NCBI RefSeq assembly: GCF_001194135.2
Contig: NC_068988.1
Location: forward strand, 55,419,201 to 55,458,849
Reading direction: 5' to 3'
Length of the DNA: 39,649 nucleotides
Source of the DNA: Octopus bimaculoides
Taxonomy: Eukaryota
Part shown: one piece after another, positions 37,086 to 39,649 of the stretch
Layout of the letters: every line of letters begins with the position of its first letter
Numbering within the stretch: the stretch's first letter is position 1
Program-made: the position numbers and the translations under genes
The notes under the pieces: model-generated
Databases searched by the model: none
What the model saw: only the letters and a program-made list of their open reading frames with translations
What the model was told of the DNA's origin: nothing

Positions 37086-37456
37086 CTTGTTAGCATTCAG
37101 ATTACTCTGTGAAATGCAATGCTTATTTATTCACAAAGTTTTGAATTAATTGTGCTTCAAGGTTTCAATGATATAATTGTTTATCTTTTTTAGAATGACA
37201 TTATAGGATAGGTGTGAGAGGTCAAATCTGTCCAATTTGAACATAAATTATGTAGAATATTTAAATTCAATTTGCCAAAATATTTTCGTTGCTTTGAGAC
37301 CATGACCTGTCCACTGACAAAATTCCGTACTGCATCACGGAATTTTGTTTTCATTCCAGCACATGATCTCAGATCAGGTACTTGCTATGCAAGTACATCT
37401 CCGTAATATGTAGAATATTTTGACCAGATATGGCAGATTTAAATGCTGAAGGGTAA
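37086..37456 (+). mobile_element. piggyBac-type MITE carrying a 144-bp nested insert (37263-37406)
   Basis: Aligns to 36469-36684 on both sides of the insert. Confidence 0.72.
37271..37321 (-). ncRNA. Decayed hammerhead-like motif with apparent G3:C8 core swap
   Basis: Minus strand TTTGTCA-GTGGACA-G-GTCAT-ggtctcaaa-GCAAC-GAAA-ATATTT-TGGCAAA; stem I pairs, AATATT is palindromic, stem II defects are all CpG-type transitions. Confidence 0.45.
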
Positions 37457-38114
37457 ACCCCTCTCCATTTTATGACATCTCTAATTTATTTACCACTCCT
37501 TCTGATTTTACAACTGAGTCAAATAAAGATTGTGAGTTATTGTGATATGAATATCACATCACATCTCTGGATTTCATCTGGGCCATCCTTATGTTATCTT
37601 CATGGATTTCTGATACTTTTGTTGTCCAGGTCAACTCATCAACTCTGAGTTACTGGAAGGTCACTTCAAAATTGTTTCAAGTTACCTGCAGGACTGCTAA
37701 GAGATTTTTTTTTTTTTTTCATAAAAGTATCAAAAATTTGTCAAAATGTATGAAAATACACAACATCCTAAATCCAATTTCATCCACCTAAAGTATCATA
37801 ATTACTTAAAAAAAAAAAGAAAATGTGTTAATTTTCCCTAATAGCTTTAATTAACAAAGCAATGATTTCTTTTCCTTCTCTATTCTCTGTACCAGGTTTA
37901 ATAGTAATATCGAACTTATGGTATACAGTACTCAGGTGCACTACAACTCATCAGAAAAAGGAGCCAAAACTGCATGGACAGTACATAGAATAATGCACAG
38001 AAAGTGAACAGTGAATGAGTGGTTTAAAAAAAGTGGGGAGGGGGGTGTCAGGTGTAGTGTTAGCAAATTTGGGGGAGCATGGAAGTTTTGAAAGATGTAG
38101 TATCCCTTGATGTA

Positions 38115-38331
38115 CAAGGGGGTGCTGAAAAGTTCCTGGCTTTAAGGGTATCGTGAAAGGCCCTGGTTGGAGACCCAACCTTCCAAGTTCTTTTACAGGG
38201 CTTACAAAAATTGATGGACCATTGCAATAAGTGTGTAAATCTGAGAGGGGAATATGTTGAACAAAATCATAATTAACTGATCTCCCTGTATTTTATTTTA
38301 CTGAAAATCAGGAACTTTTCAGCCCACCTTG
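38115..38331 (+). mobile_element. Mariner-derived MITE retaining the transposase C-terminus
   Basis: TA flanks, TIRs; encodes WLETQPSKFF/QGLQKLMDHCNKCVNLRGEYVE (one frameshift), resembling the mariner G..KL..RW.KC...G.Y.E terminus. Confidence 0.82.
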
Positions 38332-38599
38332 TATAGGCAAACATCAAAAGAACTACTTTTCTGTTCCTTTCTATCCATTCTTGTCTTTCTATTTGGCTTA
38401 ATCTTTTTGATACCAATTCACCTGAGGCCACCCCCTTGTTCTAATGATGCACATTTCCTATTTTAAAGTAATCTAAATAAAAGCCATCCATCATAATTTC
38501 ATGTTAATTTATGTAATAAATTTATATTTCAAACACCTTTTTATCATATTACTATATATTTAAAAAAAAAACTGCCATTTGATAAATTATACAAAATTC

Positions 38600-38703
38600 A
38601 AAGTTTATATCTCTGAAGAGCAGAAGAGTTGTCTATAAATGCTTATCAATATAGGATTCCATTATTAGGACAACACTTCTGCGAAACGATCGTAAGATAC
38701 TTT
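38600..38703 (+). ncRNA. Type I hammerhead ribozyme motif with canonical core
   Basis: Stem I TATCT(38608-12)/AGATA(38695-99); CTGAAGA 38613-19; stem II GCAGAAG/CTTCTGC plus GTTGTC/GACAAC; GAAA 38683-86; stem III ACGATCGT; predicted GUA cleavage after 38694. Confidence 0.85.
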
Positions 38704-38747
38704 AAAACTTAATTCAAAACTTTTAAACTGTCATATTTATTATTATT

Positions 38748-39020
38748 GGACTGGCTCCTGTGCAGGTGGCATGTAAAATACACTATTTCGAGCGTGGTCG
38801 TTGCCAGTGCCTCCTGAATGGCCTTTGTGCCGGTGGCACGTAAAAGCACCCACTACACTCTTGGAGTGGTTGGCGTTAGGAAGGGCATCCAGCTGTAGAA
38901 ACTCTGCCAAATCAGATTGGACCCTGGTGTAGCCATCTGGTTCACCAGTCCTCAGTCAAATCGTCCAACCCATGCTAGCATGGAAAGCAGACGTTAAACA
39001 ACGATGATGATGATGATGAT
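38748..39020 (+). mobile_element. RTE-like 3' UTR fragment
   Basis: Same tail. Confidence 0.8.
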
Positions 39021-39273
39021 TATATATTTATACTTATACATATTTACATATATTTTTATATATATTTTAATACAACAGTTATTCTACACACGTATATATC
39101 TTTCTGATAAATTTTCTAATATTGATTTTCTGATATCAATAATAATATATTATAAAATATATATGTTAATTTATGTTGTAAGCACTAGCTTAATAACAAC
39201 AATATTATTTCAATAAATTCTTCATTAATTTCAAAAGTAACTGAAGCAATCACAATGTATTTCAACAGAGAGC

Positions 39274-39607
39274 ATCATCATCATCATCATCGTTTAACGT
39301 CCGCTTTCCATGCTAGCATGGGTTGGACGATTTGACTGAGGACTGGTGAAACCGGATGGCAACACCAGGCTCCAATCTAAATTTGGCAGAGTTTCTACAG
39401 CTGGATGCCCTTCCTAACGCCAACCACTCAGAGAGTGTAGTAGGTGCTTTTATGTGTCACCTGCACAAAGGCCAGTCAGGCGATACTGGTAACGGCCACG
39501 CTCGAAATGGCCAGTCAGGCTCCCGTAGGATTTTCGAGCGAGATCGTTGCCAGTGCCCCTGGACTGGCTTGTGCGGGTGGCACATAAAAGACACCATTTC
39601 GAGCATG
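39274..39607 (-). mobile_element. RTE-like 3' UTR fragment, inverted relative to 38748-39020
   Basis: Reverse-complement alignment. Confidence 0.8.
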
Positions 39608-39649
39608 AACAAAAAGTTTAACCAACTATTTTATATTTACACCATTTAC

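Noticed and set aside
37896-37935. Candidate exon 13 (KFNSNIELMVYSTQ) after a strong pyrimidine tract
   Set aside because: Phase fits, but the donor is poor and the match to LLTP sequence is too short to trust.
37900-37960. Minus-strand CUGAUGA followed by a wobble-rich hairpin
   Set aside because: No GAAA, stem III or stem I; not a hammerhead in this copy.

Overview
Eukaryotic, AT-rich, repeat-dense draft-assembly window with six N gaps. It is probably from an octopus/coleoid cephalopod; this is inferred from my recollection of these SINE families, not from a search. It holds one protein-coding gene on the + strand: 12 GT-AG exons (4638-36458, 1810 nt, about 603 codons, every splice phase compatible) encoding the Vitellogenin_N/LPD_N domain of a divergent large lipid transfer protein (apolipophorin/vitellogenin-like). 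The start-codon exon was not found and the gene continues past the window end. The introns contain three copies of a ~1 kb LTR family (one solo LTR with a 4-bp TSD, and one inserted inside another), at least five tRNA-derived SINE families, RTE-type LINE 3' ends, mariner- and piggyBac-type MITEs, foldbacks, and mini/microsatellites. The main unexpected signal is three unrelated repeat types that each carry a type I hammerhead-ribozyme motif with a self-complementary stem III. These are (1) a canonical-core hammerhead at 38600-38703, (2) a tRNA-headed SINE with a hammerhead-bearing tail (16754-17040, plus two decayed copies in inverted arrangement at 24337-24753), and (3) a 144-bp insert with a 14-bp TSD carrying a decayed hammerhead-like motif with a G3:C8-swapped core (37271-37321, minus strand). 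All folds were paired by eye; ribozyme activity is untested.
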